64,000 nt of DNA from Sphyrna mokarran. Its lineage: Eukaryota. The DNA lies in assembly GCA_024679065.1 (NCBI GenBank), contig JAGIQG010000010.1:51212001-51276000 (forward strand), written 5' to 3'. The notes below the pieces were generated by a model that was given only the letters and a program-made list of their open reading frames with translations, had not been told where the DNA came from and did no database searches. The position numbers and the translations under genes were made by a program. Shown here one piece after another: positions 14,901 to 29,900 of this stretch. The stretch's first letter is position 1. The number at the start of each line of letters is the position of its first letter.

Positions 14901-17900
14901 CATGCTGATTAAGTGCTCTGCTATTAAATCTTATTACTGACTTCAGGCTGACTGCTCTGTAATTCCTTGATGCTCTCCACTTCCCTTTTTAAATAATGTG
15001 GTTACATTAGCTATCCTCCAATCTATAGGAACTATTCCAGAATCTATGAAAATGATCACCAATGCATTCATTATTTTAAGGCTACTCCCTTAAGTACATA
15101 GAACAATACAGCACAAACAGGCCCTTTGGCCCACAAGTTGTGCCGATCACATCTACCAATCCACAGACCTATCTATAACCCCGTATCCTATTCGTTTCCA
15201 TATACTCATCCAGAAGTCTTTTAAAAGACCCCAGCGAGTTTGCCTCAACAACCTCTGACGGCAGCCGATTCCATTCACTCACCACCCTCAGTGAAAAACT
15301 TACCCCTAACATCCCCCCCTGTATTTGCCTCCCTGCACCTTAAATCTGTGTCCTCTCGTAGTGACCATTTCAGCTCCGGGAAATGGTCTCTGAGAGTCCC
15401 CCCTATCTATTCCTCTCAACATTTTATAAACCTCTATCAGGTCACCTCTCAACCCACATCTCTCCAGTGAGAAGAGTCCCAGCTCCCTCAACCTATCTTC
15501 ATAAGGCCTGCCTCCCAATCCAGGCAGCATCCTTGTAAATCTCCTCTGCACTCTCTCAATAGCCTCTACATTCTTCCTATAGTGAGGCAACCAGAACTGC
15601 ACACAATACTCCAAGTGGGGTCTGACAAGAGTCTTATAGAGCTACATCATTACCTCCTGAGTACTCTGGAGTGTAGATGATCAGGCCCTAAGGATTTGTC
15701 AGCCTTCAATCCTACTAATTTCCCCAACACTATTTTTCTACTAACACTAATTTCCTTGTGTTCCTCTCCCTTATTGAACCCTGTATTCCCTAACATTTGA
15801 GATGTTATTTGTGTCCTCCTTTGTGAAGACAAATCAAAGTATGTGTTCAGTTGGTCAGCCATTTCTTTATTCCTCATTATAAGCTCACTGTTTCTGACTT
15901 TAAAGGACTTACATCTGTCTTCAGACTTTTCTCTTCATGTACTTATATAAGCTTTAACAGTCAGTTTTATGTTCCTACAAGCTCACCCTACTACACTTTT
16001 TTCTCCCCTTTCATAAACCAATCCCTTTATCCTCATTTTCTGAATGCGAAACAGCTGCAGCTCTCTTCTATTTTCTGGTCAATTTGCATGCCTCTTCTTT
16101 GGACCTAATACTATCCCTAATTTTCCTTGTAAGTCAGTTTGGTCAACTTTCCCATTTTATTTTTGCACCAGAAAGGAATGAACAATTGTTGCAGGTCACC
16201 CATGTGCTCTTTGAACGTTTGCTATTGCCTATCCAACATTATCCCTTTAAGTCATTTTCCCCATCCACCACTGCCAATTTGTGTATCATATTATTGTAAT
16301 TTCCAATATTTAGATTCAGGACCTTAGTCTCAGAATCAATTACATCACTTCTCATCTTGATGAAGAATTCTACCATATTATAGTCACTTGTCCCCAAGGG
16401 TCCTCACTACTAGATTGCCAATTCTCATTAGACAATACCCACTCTAAGATGACCTATTCTCTAGTTAGTTCTTCAATGGATTGGTCAGAGAATCACACAC
16501 ACTAAGAATTTCTCCTCTTATACTTTTGCTACTAATTTGATTAGCCCAATCTATATACCGATTAAAGTCATCCATAATTACAGATGTGTCTTTATTTCAT
16601 GCATCTCTAATTTCTTGTTTAATGCCATCCCCCACTTCACCACTACAGTTTTGGGGTCTATACACAACCCCCATTCATATCTTTTGCCTGTAAAAAGTTT
16701 CTCAGCTCTACTCATACAGGTTCCATTTTGTTGGAGCAAATGTCCTCCCTCACTATTGCTTTAGTTTCCTCTTAACCAACAGTGCTGCCCCACTGCCTTT
16801 TCCTTTTTGTCTGGCGTTACTGTACGAATATCCCTGAATGTTTAGTTCCATTCCCCTGCAGCCATGTTTCCGTAATCCTGACTATATCATACTCATTTAC
16901 ATCTATATGCAGGATTAACACACCCATTTTATTGTGAATGCTCCATGCATTAAGGCATAAAGCCTTAAAGCTCATCTTTTTAACATTCCTTGTGCCATCC
17001 TCATTATTTGAAAGTTTAAGCTTATTTCTTAGTTATAAATAAGCTTATACGCTGCAATGAAGTTACCGTGAAAATTCTCTCATCGCCACACTCAGGTGCC
17101 TGTCCAGGTACACAGAGAATTTAACATGGCCAATTGACCTAACAAATATATCTTTCGGACTGTAGGAGGAAACCCACACAGGCATGGGGAGAATGTGCAG
17201 ACTCCGTACAGACAGTGAGCCAAGTGGGAATTGATCCTGGATCCTTGGCACTCTGAGGCAGCAATGTTAACCACTGTGCCACCACACTGCCCACTTGATT
17301 TGCCTTTGAGTTATCCATCGGCCTGATTTTCTGTACCTGCTCACACCACTTAAATGATTTAAGTACTTAGCTTCCACCCTACTGTCCCCTACTCTACCAA
17401 AGTCTATTTGGCCTTCTACTGTTTCCAATTCTTCATCAATTAGAATGTACCTGTTCAATCTCTTTTACATCTAATGCGGATGACCTCCCATTTGCCTACT
17501 TTGAAACTACTTGCCATAGTTTTGCTCATTCATTTAATCTATTAATATTTTGTAATTGTATGTTTACATCATCTCCTACCTTTGTGATTTCAACAAACAG
17601 TAGGTAGCTTCCTGTTCCATCTAAGTTGCCAATGAATGAAAACAGTGATGTCCCAACACACATCCTTGTAGGACACCATTACTTCTAGCCTGCTAATTAC
17701 AGTACCAGCCAATTATGCCTCCTTTGTCTCTTGTCGCTCAGCCCACTTCTAAATCAGGTCAATAATTTGCCTTCAATTTCATGAACTTCAACAGCCTGAA
17801 GTATCTTATCAAATTCATCTTAAGTATCTTTAATAACACCAGTAAATATTTAATTATTTACTACTTCAGTTACCTCTTCAAACAAAATTCAGTCAAATTC

Positions 17901-20900
17901 AGATTATGTCTTGTCCTTACAGATCTATTCTGCTCACTGATCAGTTGCGATTCAGAACAGGGCAAATATGCATAGACATTCAAGGGGAATTATGGGCTAC
18001 CAGCAGAATTATATTCAACCACAAACTGTAATTGCATGACCCGATATGTCTCTCGCCTTATTACCATCAATCTAAGGATCAATCTTGGTTCAATAAGAAG
18101 TGCAAAGAGAATGGAACGTGTAGCATACCTAAAAATGAAACGTCAATTTTGAGAAACTCTGACTGCATGCTAAGCACCAGAAATAGAAAACCCATAACAT
18201 TCAGCTCAGATCAAAGATCTGCAATGCTGCCACACCAGTTGTGAATGATGACCAAACATTTCCACCTTCATTGATAGGGAACTCAGCACAATAGCGCTAA
18301 AGACAGTTGCAGAAGTTTCTGCAACTATCTTCAATCAAACTGAGTCATTCATTTCTGCCCTGTCCTGAAGTCTCCAGCAGATGTCAGCCTTCAGCAAACT
18401 CAACTTACTCCTCATGATAAAGAAATGGCCAAATAGAGCACAGGCAATGGGTCCCAAAAAAAACTCAGTATTGAAGACATGCTGGAGAACTAGTCAGCTG
18501 CCTAGGAAAGCTCTTCCAGAATTGTTATAACATTGGTATCTACCACGAAAGGGACCAACCAATCTGGCCATTTAATGCCCGAAAAACCCACTCTCAATCA
18601 GCAAATAATGTGTGATATTAACGACAATGCTTTCAAGCAGTATTTAATCAGTTTAGATTCTGCTAGGGTAATGCAACTCCAGACCTCATTACAACCATGG
18701 TCCAAACATAACGAAAGAACTGAATTCAACAGGTGACATCAAAGCACACACTGATTTGAGTCATACATAGCACCAGAGGAAGATGTTTACAGTTTCTGGA
18801 TGTCAATCATCTCTGCCACATCACTATAGGAGATCCTCAGGGTAGTAAGCTAAACACAACCCTCTTCGGCTGCTGTATTAATGATCTTCCCACCTTGTCA
18901 GAAGTGGGAATGTTTACTTAATAATTGCATAATATTCCATTCACATCACCCAAGATAGTGAAGCAATCTATCCAAATAACAGGAATATCATTTAAAAACT
19001 TGGGCTGATATATAGTATGCATGTTACTTGACACTCAAGTGCCAGTCAATGGCCATTTCCAAAAGAGAATCTGAACATCTCCCACTGGCATTCAATCTGT
19101 TGCTATATCCTCCAACAAATGGGGGACTACCATTGACCAGAAGTTGACTGAACCAGCCATATCAAAAAGCAGCTCTGTGGTGGATCTTTCATTTCCTGTT
19201 ATCACAGAGCCTAATCATCATCTAAAGGGCATGAGTCAGGAGTGCAATTAAATATTCTCCAGTTACCTGAATGAACATATCCCCCAAAATTCACAAGATG
19301 GGTACCATCCAGGACAAAACAGCCTGCTTGATCTGTACCCCATGCACTATCTTAAACATTTACTTTGTCCATTGCCATAGCAGCAATAATTACCATCTAT
19401 AAGCTGCAAAGCAACAACTCATCAAGATATTTTTGAAAGCACCTTCCAAATTTGACTTCCACCACCTAACGGAACAAGAGCAGCAGATAAAATGAACACT
19501 TCAACTGCAAGTTCCATGCCAAGCCATATACCAATATAGCCCCATCCTTCCCTATAGGCCATCTGTCCTTTGTTTTTCAGCTTTGCATCCACTGAACTTT
19601 GTTCATTTATTATCACAGTCACTGTGAAGCAGCATTTTTCAGCCAGGTAGAATTTCCAGCATCTGCAGGATTTGCTTTTATTCCTTTTAAAGAAATTCAA
19701 TATATATCCGATTAGCCGGAGAAATTAAATACTAATATTCCATACAGACATGTCACATTATCATGACAAGTCTTTAGGCTAACTGCTCAATAATTCCCTA
19801 TTTTCTCTGTCACCTTTCTTAAGCTGAATGACACACTCAAATTTTCCAACCTAAACAGTTCCAGAATTGAGAACTCTGGAAGATTATAGTCAGGGCATTT
19901 GTAATATGCTTATCTACTTTTTTTTTTAAAAAGGTCTCTACAAGGAGAAGCAGCCGGCCCTGGGGATTGTGTGTTTTTAGTGTCATTCATTTCTCCATTA
20001 CTGTTACTTGGTTTACCCTTAATTTCTTTTAGCCCCTGTAACAGATTCAATAATAGTTTCCTTGGATGGACATGCTGTCTGCTTCCACAACTGTACAGTA
20101 AATAATGATAGAAATAATACATTATGTTCTCCTTTTCATAACATCACTGGTATAACAAGAGGCCCACTTTGACCACCCGCTCTTTTCCTAATGTAGAGTT
20201 CATTGTGTTGATTTTGATATACAAAGGGATACTTTTCATACCCTGTACTGTTTTGTCACCATTTGCTGCTCTTTGTAATTTCTGTTTGCCAGGATCACTG
20301 CTATGATTTGTTACTTTTTTTTAAAATCTCAAGGTTCATGAATGTCTTTTTCCTGCAAGTAAAACACTTGTTCTAAAGGAATATATATTGGTTGTAAAAT
20401 GCATTTTCTGAATACCTCTCATAATCTATCACTTTACCAATTCACAGATATATCAAGTTTACTGTGCAGAGTTTTATCATATTGAAGTCAGCCATTCCTA
20501 AATCTACAATCTTAGTAGCTGCTTAAAGTTTCTGTCTTTTAAACATTGAATTCAACCATATTATGGTCACTACTAATGTTAAGAAAGAAACATGGTTCAC
20601 GACTAAATATGGTGGACATAGTTGTAAAAACTAATCATGAAACTTTTTATTACCTTTCAATATACCTTTAAGAGTTTTTTTTTATATATCATGCTGTCTG
20701 CAGCTCATAGCCTTAGCTGATGTTGTTAATGTTGGATTGTCTAATAAGAACCATTTTATTGCTCAGTGTCTGAAATTATTTATTTTTACTTTAGAATTAG
20801 TTTTGTGACTCTGCATTGTCAGGAGGAAACGTTCGCAGGCCAGTTAACAGAAGCTCTTATTTTCAGTTCTGAGCTGCAGATTTTAGTTTTTAAAGAAGGG

Positions 20901-23900
20901 ATATCAAGCTGGAAGGAAGTGTCTGTCTCTATCCCCATCTCTGGGTTTGAGAAATTCTGCTAGTTAGCTGAAAGCAAGGCTTCCTGCGATAGAAAATCTA
21001 CAGTTGGTAGCTTAACCAAAGTCTCTCCCTGGCGCACTAGGAAGCTGTTCTAACTTCAGACTGTTCTGGTGAAGTGAGGAATGTGCCAGACCATTAGCTT
21101 GCAGATTGTGTAATATATTTCTGCTGAATCTGATCATCCACAGCACTTCCTGAATGTCCAATCTGGAACTGTTAAATTTATTCTGAATCTAGACCACTTA
21201 GCATGGTGGTCACATCACAATGACAGTGGCAACACAGTGTGAAAATGGAACTTGGTCTCAATAAGGACTGTCTGGTGGTCATTCCTACCAACTGTCATGA
21301 ACAGGCAGCAGAGAGCTGAAGACTAGTCCAGTTCTGGAAAAGCGAATCATGTCTGAACGAGGTATTAGCTGCTACAGAGACTGCCTGTCAGAAGAAGCTG
21401 CCATTGTGCTCTCTGTTCTATACTTGATCCTCTGCCAGCAGAGGCTCACTCAACTCTGACTCCTAGTCCAGGGATTCATTGATAACACCAGGCCTGACTT
21501 CAACTGGGGATAGGTTTGCAGTTTGGAATGGCTGGCAATGATAGGCATCAACCCAGACTATTTTATTTTGTGCTCATCTCCCTCACACCCCAGAAGAACC
21601 TGGAGAGATATGCTGTAGTAGCATTTTCTGTGGTCCTCCTCCATTAAATTCTGTTTAGTAATTTGGTACTTCAAACTATTATTTCTTAAATGTCACGTTT
21701 GCAAGATGCTATTTATCCTATTCAGTGAGGAATCAGACGTATACTTGACAAGGTCACCAAATACTAGCTCAGGGAATGTGATGGTTCCATCAGCTCATTT
21801 CTAAACAGTGTATGTGCTGGCTTTGCCACATTCATGAGATGGATTAGAGCCAATACACAAAGGCCTTCTGTATGGTCAATTCGCCATTGGGTCACGATCT
21901 CCTGGGCAACCATACTCTCAATGGAAAAGTCACGCACAAGCACAATAAAATGGCAGCAAATAACACTGACAATTGGAAGACAATCACTAACAGTATGAGC
22001 TCTGGAGGCTGACGGTTTGGAGAGAAACTGGAAGAGGCATGCAAAAACTCAGCTGGCCAAGAAAAGGGCCCAGAAGCCAGAAATTCTCCATCTTTGCAGC
22101 CTCTGCAGCACAGTGGTTAGCAGTGCTGCCTCAATGCCAGAAACCCTGGTTCAATTCCAGTCTCTGCTCACTGTCTGTGCCAAGTCTGCACATTCTCCTT
22201 GTGTCTGCATGGGTTCCCTCCCACAGTCCAAAGTTGTGCAGGTTAAGTTATTGTCCATGCTAAATTAACCCTAGTGTCAGGAGGATTAGCAGGGTAAATA
22301 AGTGTTTATGGGAATAAGGATTGGGTGGGATTATGGCCTCTTTCTGCACCAAAAGGATCTAAGGTTCCTCAGCAAATAAAGCAGATATTGCCATGCCACA
22401 GTAGGGCTCCTGTTCCACACTAGGTGATGTTTAACAGAATTGACCATCATCCACAGCACAAATCATCAACTCACAAGGCTCCCAACAATATCATAGCTAC
22501 CAAAGTTTCAGACTAAGACTCAATGCCAAATAGGATTTAAAGGCTGGCTGTATTAATTGATCTTATCTTATATATTACAATTGCAAGTTTGTAAAGTTGA
22601 GGTTTAATGAATATACTATTCTTGTGTTTTCAGCTTCAGTTCAATAATAAAAGCTTTGGAAACAACTATTCCAATCCTGCATTAGGACAACACTGTTTCT
22701 AACCAGTTTTTTTTTTACAAAACTGCAACACAATCCTAATTATAATCACAACTCTCAGCTTATTAAATTATAACTTAACGTGGATTCTTTCCCTCCCAAG
22801 AACATCCTGCAAAGCAAACTCTGAAGTATAAATTGTGTGAAAAGTGAAATGAATCTGGTGATTAATTTGTTACCTCAAATATTTACAATCCATTAAACAT
22901 TAAAAATTGAATGGTCAGGATTTGAAAGGCACATACCCTGCAAGGTGCAATAAACATTGCTAATTTATTGAATATGATCATGTTGCAGTTAATTAAGTGT
23001 TAAATTGAGGAGAAATTAAATAAAGTAGAGCTGTATTTTCAGGAATTTAGAAGAACTGACTTGAGTTTTTAAGAGGAACTGTTAGCTTTTATCTACCCTA
23101 TTTGTTGTTTGGGCAACCTAGAATTAGTGGACATAGCCTCCAAGAGTCAGCCCTACTCAGATGTTGTTTAGAAATGAGCTGATGGAAATAGCATATTCCC
23201 AGACTTTTGGTGACATGGTCTTATCGGAAGTTGTCGAGTATACATCTAATTCCTCATTGAGTAGGAGTAAAATTTGTTCACAAAAAAGTGATGCAAGTTG
23301 GAATTTCTTCCACAAATGGCAAATTGCATTAGATTAATTGTCAATTTTAACCTGACACTAAGATATTAGTTATCCAAATGTATTAAGGAAAATGGGATAA
23401 AGGCAGGGTATATGGAGTTGTGATTTCGTGTGGCCTACTGCAATTCTGATGTTTTTATCCAAAGACAGCCATAATTCTTTCAGAACAAAATCTCAATCTT
23501 GGGATACCCAAGCAAGCCTAGTGTGATCAAAATGATCAGAAAACATTTATTGCTTATTTTTGAAACCGTAAACAGAAAGCTAATAGCTTGAGAATCTCTT
23601 AGTCATCCAAATGTTAAAACACTACTTTACACAACTGTAAAACAAAACAGAAAACACTAAAGTTGAATGTTGATGGCATATTTAAGTATCCACTGGCTGA
23701 AAAAGCAAATTGAAGGCTAGAAGTCCAATCCTAAATATGTTGTACGATGAGCAAGCTAGCCTTCAGTTCTCCCCACTTCCACGTCATTGGTATGTACAAT
23801 GTCCTACACATGACAAAATATATATTAAATCACTACATTGGGTTTTGATGTGTTTTTGATAGTTAGATTTAAATACTTCACCTTCTCCATTTTCTGTCAT

Positions 23901-26900
23901 CCAAGTGAAAATAACCAAAAATACTAGCACAAATCCAAATGGCTTATGATAAATGAGCTTCATTATGTCAATGTCAATCAGCTTTGTTTCAGTACTAATC
24001 TCAGAGTTGTTCAAAGGTTCGAGGAAATTGTGCCACGCTGTGTAAGTTTGTAGTTGCATCATTATTTAAAAAGAACTGTTTTTGCTGGAAATGAACCAAA
24101 TGCTTTGGATGTATGAGTCTCCAGAAATTTTCAGGCCAGTTTTAATTTCCACAGAAACGATAGTTGTTCGTATTAGTTACAATTACTCTGGTGTGGTAGG
24201 AAAAACCAGCTTATTAAAGACAAAGAATGACACAGAACAAAAGATCAAACCAAGTGAATAATCAAAATTATATGTTGGCTATTGTTTAATGTAATCATAA
24301 GTCACAGGCTCAATCAGATGATTGTAAAATTAGGATTAATCATAGCTGAATTGTGATATTAGATCCTATAGCACTGTACTGTTAGAAGCAACAAAAACGT
24401 AACTCAGTCATCAAAATAGCTAATAATAGCTAAAAACAAAATAAGGATGAAAAAGTTATGGATGAAATTTTGATGCATACAGCATTTGTTCCAACAATCA
24501 AAATATCTCTGAGCATGATCAACACATTTCTACTTTAGATCTGAAAATAATGGTGGCATTCTGTATGAACGTGAAAGTTTTTAAAAGCGCAATAATAATA
24601 TTAGTAATAATTTTAAAAACTTAAAACTCACAACCAAAAATAATTAATAATGCTGGCAAACATGCCTCAAGTTAATTACCTGATGGATGACATATATTGC
24701 ATACTGAAGCTGTTGGCGCTGCAAGAATGGATGAAGATAATACAGAAGATGGCGCAAATGTGTCTCCCTGTTTCGATGAGGAACAATGATTGCTGTTTTA
24801 TATTGAGCTTTGCAGTGTGGGGGAGTGTATCGTCCACCAACTTGAACATACGGATTTTTTCTTGCAATTTTGCTCATAACTGGAATTTTCTGAAAGCTGA
24901 TAGTCAGTGGTCCAACTGTAAATGTTGACAGCAGATCAGTCTAGTGTACATGCTTTAAATAATAGACATGAAAAAAATCCTCAATTATAGCAGAACAATA
25001 GTTCTCCTTGCATTTAAAACACAACAGTGGAAGAAAAAGTGAGGTCCAAAGTTGAAGGCCTAGCTAGTTTCAGGTCCTTCAAGATCTTTCAGCAGAATAA
25101 GTTTGACTGTAAACTAAATTTTTTAACTGCTATTTTCTGAATGCAGTGCTAGTTCAAAAGCTCACAAGGAAATTAGAGCAGCAGTAGTAGTATTGGAATA
25201 CCATGGCGAACAAGATAGCAAAACCAAAAACATGTTTACAGGTCAGCCAGCAGTTTGCCAGTACAAATATGTACCTCTACATCTAGTAAGATCATTTGCC
25301 ATAGTACCAAAGCTGTGTCACAGTTACAGATTTGCAACCACAGGCCATATATCAAATGAAAAAACATCAAGCAGAAACAGGAGTGGGATTTTACCGTCTT
25401 GTTTGGCCCGAAATCGTTAAAATCTCACCTGAAGTCAATGGACCTTTCCCTATTCCATCCCTTGCCCACTCCAATTCCTATGATGTGTGGGGCAGTACAA
25501 TTCCAGACTAAGTATTTCTTCATGAGGACAGAGAAACTCATTCCAATAAAAAACAAGTTTGACTGCTCTGCAAAAATGCAACACTCAATTCTTTTCAATC
25601 TAACACCAACAATGCCTGCCTGCACATCAAATACTTAAAAGTTTCAGAGCATTCTGGGACATTCTGGTGACAAACTATAAATGCAAATTAAGTTATATTT
25701 CTGAAAAGAAATACATGATGACATTTTTATCTTACACTCATCTGGACAACTACAGGAATGCCAAATTTTAAACAATCACAGCAATTTATACTATAGGAGC
25801 AAAGAGTGCTGACTAGCTACCAAGGCAACTCAGAATGAGAGAGACACTGCCACAAAGAAAGCAATGCAAACGCTTCTCCAAGCCCGCAAGCACCGGACAA
25901 GATTGAGAAGGTAGGACCTTCATGAATAACTTCAGTGGGTACGGGAATTGAACACCTGCTGTTGACATCGCTCTGTTTCACAAACTAGCTGTCTAGCCAA
26001 TTGAGCTAACTAACTCCCAGCAGTTCCAAATAGTAGAACAACCAGAGATCACTATTTTTGGAACTGTTAAAACTTTTTGGATACGTTACTGACTGTTGTA
26101 CGTATAAGCAACTCTAGATTCATATCTCTCGTCAAAAAAGTGAAATTCAACCTCAGAAGGGCCACAATTCAATTGATAGACGATTTGGTACCATAATTTG
26201 GGCACTGGAGAATCTGTAATATACCTGCCCAGATTTCTATTTCTAAATCAATGGAAAGGAGATCTGATGGAATGTAGAACAGGTGGATAATCGTCTATCA
26301 ATTGAATTGTGGCCCTTCTGAGGTTGAATTTCACTTTTTTGACGAGAGATATGAATCTAGAGTTGCTTATACGTACAACAGTCAGTAACGTATCCAAAAA
26401 GTTTTAACAGCTCCAAAAATAGTGATCTCTGGTTGTTCTACTATTTGGAACTGCTGGGAGTTAGTTAGCGTTTGAAACTGGAAGATACGTACATATGTTC
26501 TATAATACGTTGCCTTGCTCTGAAATGCACGTACAAAAGGTTAAAACTAGATAATTTATCATTTAGGAGAGTCAGCAACTATTCCATTAAAATAATTGTG
26601 CAATATAACTAACAATGCATCAATACATTCAGTATTCCAAAGCTGTTTCAAATTAAACATCCTATGATCGAGAAGCCAGGCCTTCAACTGAGTTCACTGA
26701 TTTTCCTACTTGTACTATCATTGGTAAACTTAACATCTTAGATAGGTAGAACAGCCAATCCCATGAAACTGATCACATATTGCAGTGCTTTAGAAAAACA
26801 TTTATATTCTCACTTTAGACTTCACGAAATTAAAATTCCAGCATTTCTTTGGTTTGTAAAGCTGTGCTGACTAATAATACTAAATGTAACTTTACTTGCA

Positions 26901-29900
26901 CCATTAAGTGCTCTGTGTATCTGAGGCTAGTATTCAAAACACAAAACTAGATTAACTGCAGTTTTGGTTACAACCGCTATGCAGTTGTTTTTATTTTGGC
27001 ATGTATCATATGCATGAATCTCGACCAAAGTCTTGCTGGATTAAGTCAGGGTCAGGTTGGTAGAAACATTTTTGTTTAAAATCACATTCAAATGTGTCAT
27101 GTTCTCATTCATAATGACCATCAACTGCACAAACATGCATTATTAGGTGCCTAGGCACTTAACTGCTACTTAATCATTATGAAAGCAATTAAACAATTCA
27201 AAGCAAACTTCAGTGGAAATTAGTGGGGTGCATAACCAAGTAGGAATTTTGACTTTCTGCAAAAAAAAAATGGAATGAAGGGACATATTTGTTCAATATG
27301 AATAGGAGAAAATTGATCTTGCCCTTTTCAACCAAGTAAAATAACGACAAAAGCAAAAGAGAGGATTAGATTTGTTCCAGAATCTAATTAGTAAGCAAAC
27401 ATATTACAACATGTTGAGGCTGCCTTCAGATATACCAAAGGAAAATTAGTTCAGCCTAACTTTCAAAACAACTTGCATTTCCATAACACTAGTTTTATAG
27501 CAACTTTGCAAGATCAGTGCATTCACCAAACCAGAAGAATCACAACGGGCAAAAGCATTGTTGAAAAAGATGACCTTCAAGGGGGTTCTGAAAGCAGGAA
27601 GAAAGTGAAAAGATAAAGGTGGTCAGGAAATTGTGTGCAATTTGACCAAAGTAGTTGCTCAGGATCAAGGATGATTCTGATGCTCGATCTGCTGAGTGGG
27701 TCAGATGGTGCTTGAAGAATTGGATAGGTGGAGTGTTTGAACGAGATGTATATTGAAAGTCCCTATAATAAACAACGTCATGCAAATTATAGTTGTACAA
27801 AGTATTATACATTTTGCTGATACATTAGTACTAATGGAGGATATTTATCAAACATTCACACAAACATCAGGTTTGATCCTCATTCTTTGCAGTTTAATTA
27901 AGTCTCCTAAATATTGTGGAAACTGTACCTTTTGGAGGTGGACAGTTATAAAAATGCCCCAAATACAGGTGTCAAGTTGAAACTTAAAAGTTTTTAATGA
28001 TCTTCTGTAAAATATAGATTCACTCATTTTGCTCTGAGCACTTGGTTGTTAAGTATGGAAGTTGAGGGGAATTGGGGAATGAAGTATTGCTGTGTCTTGT
28101 TTTTCTTTACAACGTACACAGATCAGTCAGGACAATTGCAGGAGTGACACATCTGTGTGCTATCAGTTCTACTATCAGTACTATCAACACTAAAATTTTA
28201 GTTTAAAAAGTAGAGATGCCGGGCCACGTGATATGGTAGGGAGATTGAATTTCGGAGCCACAATGTCATGTTGCAACTGTACAAAACTCTGGTGCGGCCG
28301 CACTTGGAGTATTGTGTACAGTTCTGGTCGCCACATTATAAGAAAGACGTGGAGACATTGGAGAGGGTGCAGAGGAGGTTTACCAGGATGTTGCCTGGTA
28401 TAGAGGGAGGCTGAGGGATTTGAGGTTGTTTTCATTAGAAAGAAGGCAACTAAGAGGAGACCTTATTGAAACGTACAAGACGATCAGAGGTTTAGATAGG
28501 GTGGACAGTGATTAGCCTTCTTCCTCGGATGGAGAAAGCTAGCACGAGGGACATAGCTTTAAATTAAGGGGTGGTAGTTATAGGACGGATGTCAGAGGTA
28601 GGTTCTTTACTCAGAGGGTGGTAAGGGTACAGAATGCCCTGCCTTCTGCAGATGTAGGTACGCCAAGTTTGGGGGCGTTTAAGAGATCATTGGATAGGTT
28701 TATGGATGAAAAGGGAATGGTTTAGGTTAGAGGGTCATTGCTTTTTCTTAATTGGTCGGCGCAACATCGAGGGCTGAAGGGCCTGTTCTGCGCTGTAATG
28801 TTCTATGTTATTGCAGCATGATGTGGGAGTTGGTGGACTCCATGTGGTTCCTTGTGAGCATGTCTATAGTAAATGATGGTTGCTTGAAGAACTCCAGTTC
28901 GGAGCTAATGCGCTGGGGTTTGAGCATTGAACACTGCAACACATCAAGGAAAGGAAGAATTATCTGGACACTGTTTCAGGAGGCAGTCATACCCCTTAGA
29001 ATGACAATATCAAATTCGGTCAGTCTTCAGGGACAGCAGGGTATGACTGCAAATGAAACAAGTAGATGGATCCAGGAAGTAGCGTTGAAGGAGCCTTAGC
29101 GCTTATCTTAACAGGTTTGAGATTCTTGTTGCATGTGGATAAGAGCATGGGCTCTGGAGAGGATAAGCATCTTAACCATAGCACTGTGGTTCAGAGACCC
29201 ATTCAAAAGGGGGGAAATAAGAGAAATTTAGTTTTAATTGGGGATAGTATAGTCAATTGGAACAGACATTGTTCTTTGTGGCCAGGAGATTGTATTGCCT
29301 GCCTGGTGCCCAAGTTCAAACCATTTCATCCAGACTGCAAAGAAATTTGGAGTAGGTGGGGAAAGATTCAGTTGTCATGGTCCACATGGGTACCAACAGC
29401 ATGGGCAGAAAAAAAATTCTGCTAAGGGAATGTGAGCAGCTAGGAACTAAATTAAAAAACAGAACTGAAAAGGTAATAATCTCTGGATTATCATCTAAGC
29501 CACGAGCTAATTCGCATAGGGTCAACAAAATTAAAGAGATAAATGTATGGCTGAAAAAATCGGTGTGGGAAAAATGGGTTTGAATTCGTGGGACTTTTGG
29601 AACAGCTCCCTCTTTCCCATGGTATGAGCTCCACCTGAATCATGCTAGGTGGAACCACGGTCCTGGCAAGTCACATTACTAGGAGTGTAGATAGGGCTTT
29701 AAACTAACTAGTGGGAGTAAGGGACGTCAACTGCATAGGAAATTATGAAAAGAAGCTAAAGGGAAGGAGAGCTCAGAAGAAGTTATTAAAGTCTCCAGGA
29801 CAAATAATAGGACAGTGTTTGGAAAGGATTAGGAATCTAACTTCAGGCACAACAGATAAGAGGATAACTATGAAAAGGGGAGTGTCAATGCAGAACTGAG

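Noticed and set aside
22105-22165. tRNA-like A/B boxes here and in other SINE heads
   Set aside because: They do not form a full cloverleaf and continue into SINE body sequence, so they are not tRNA genes.
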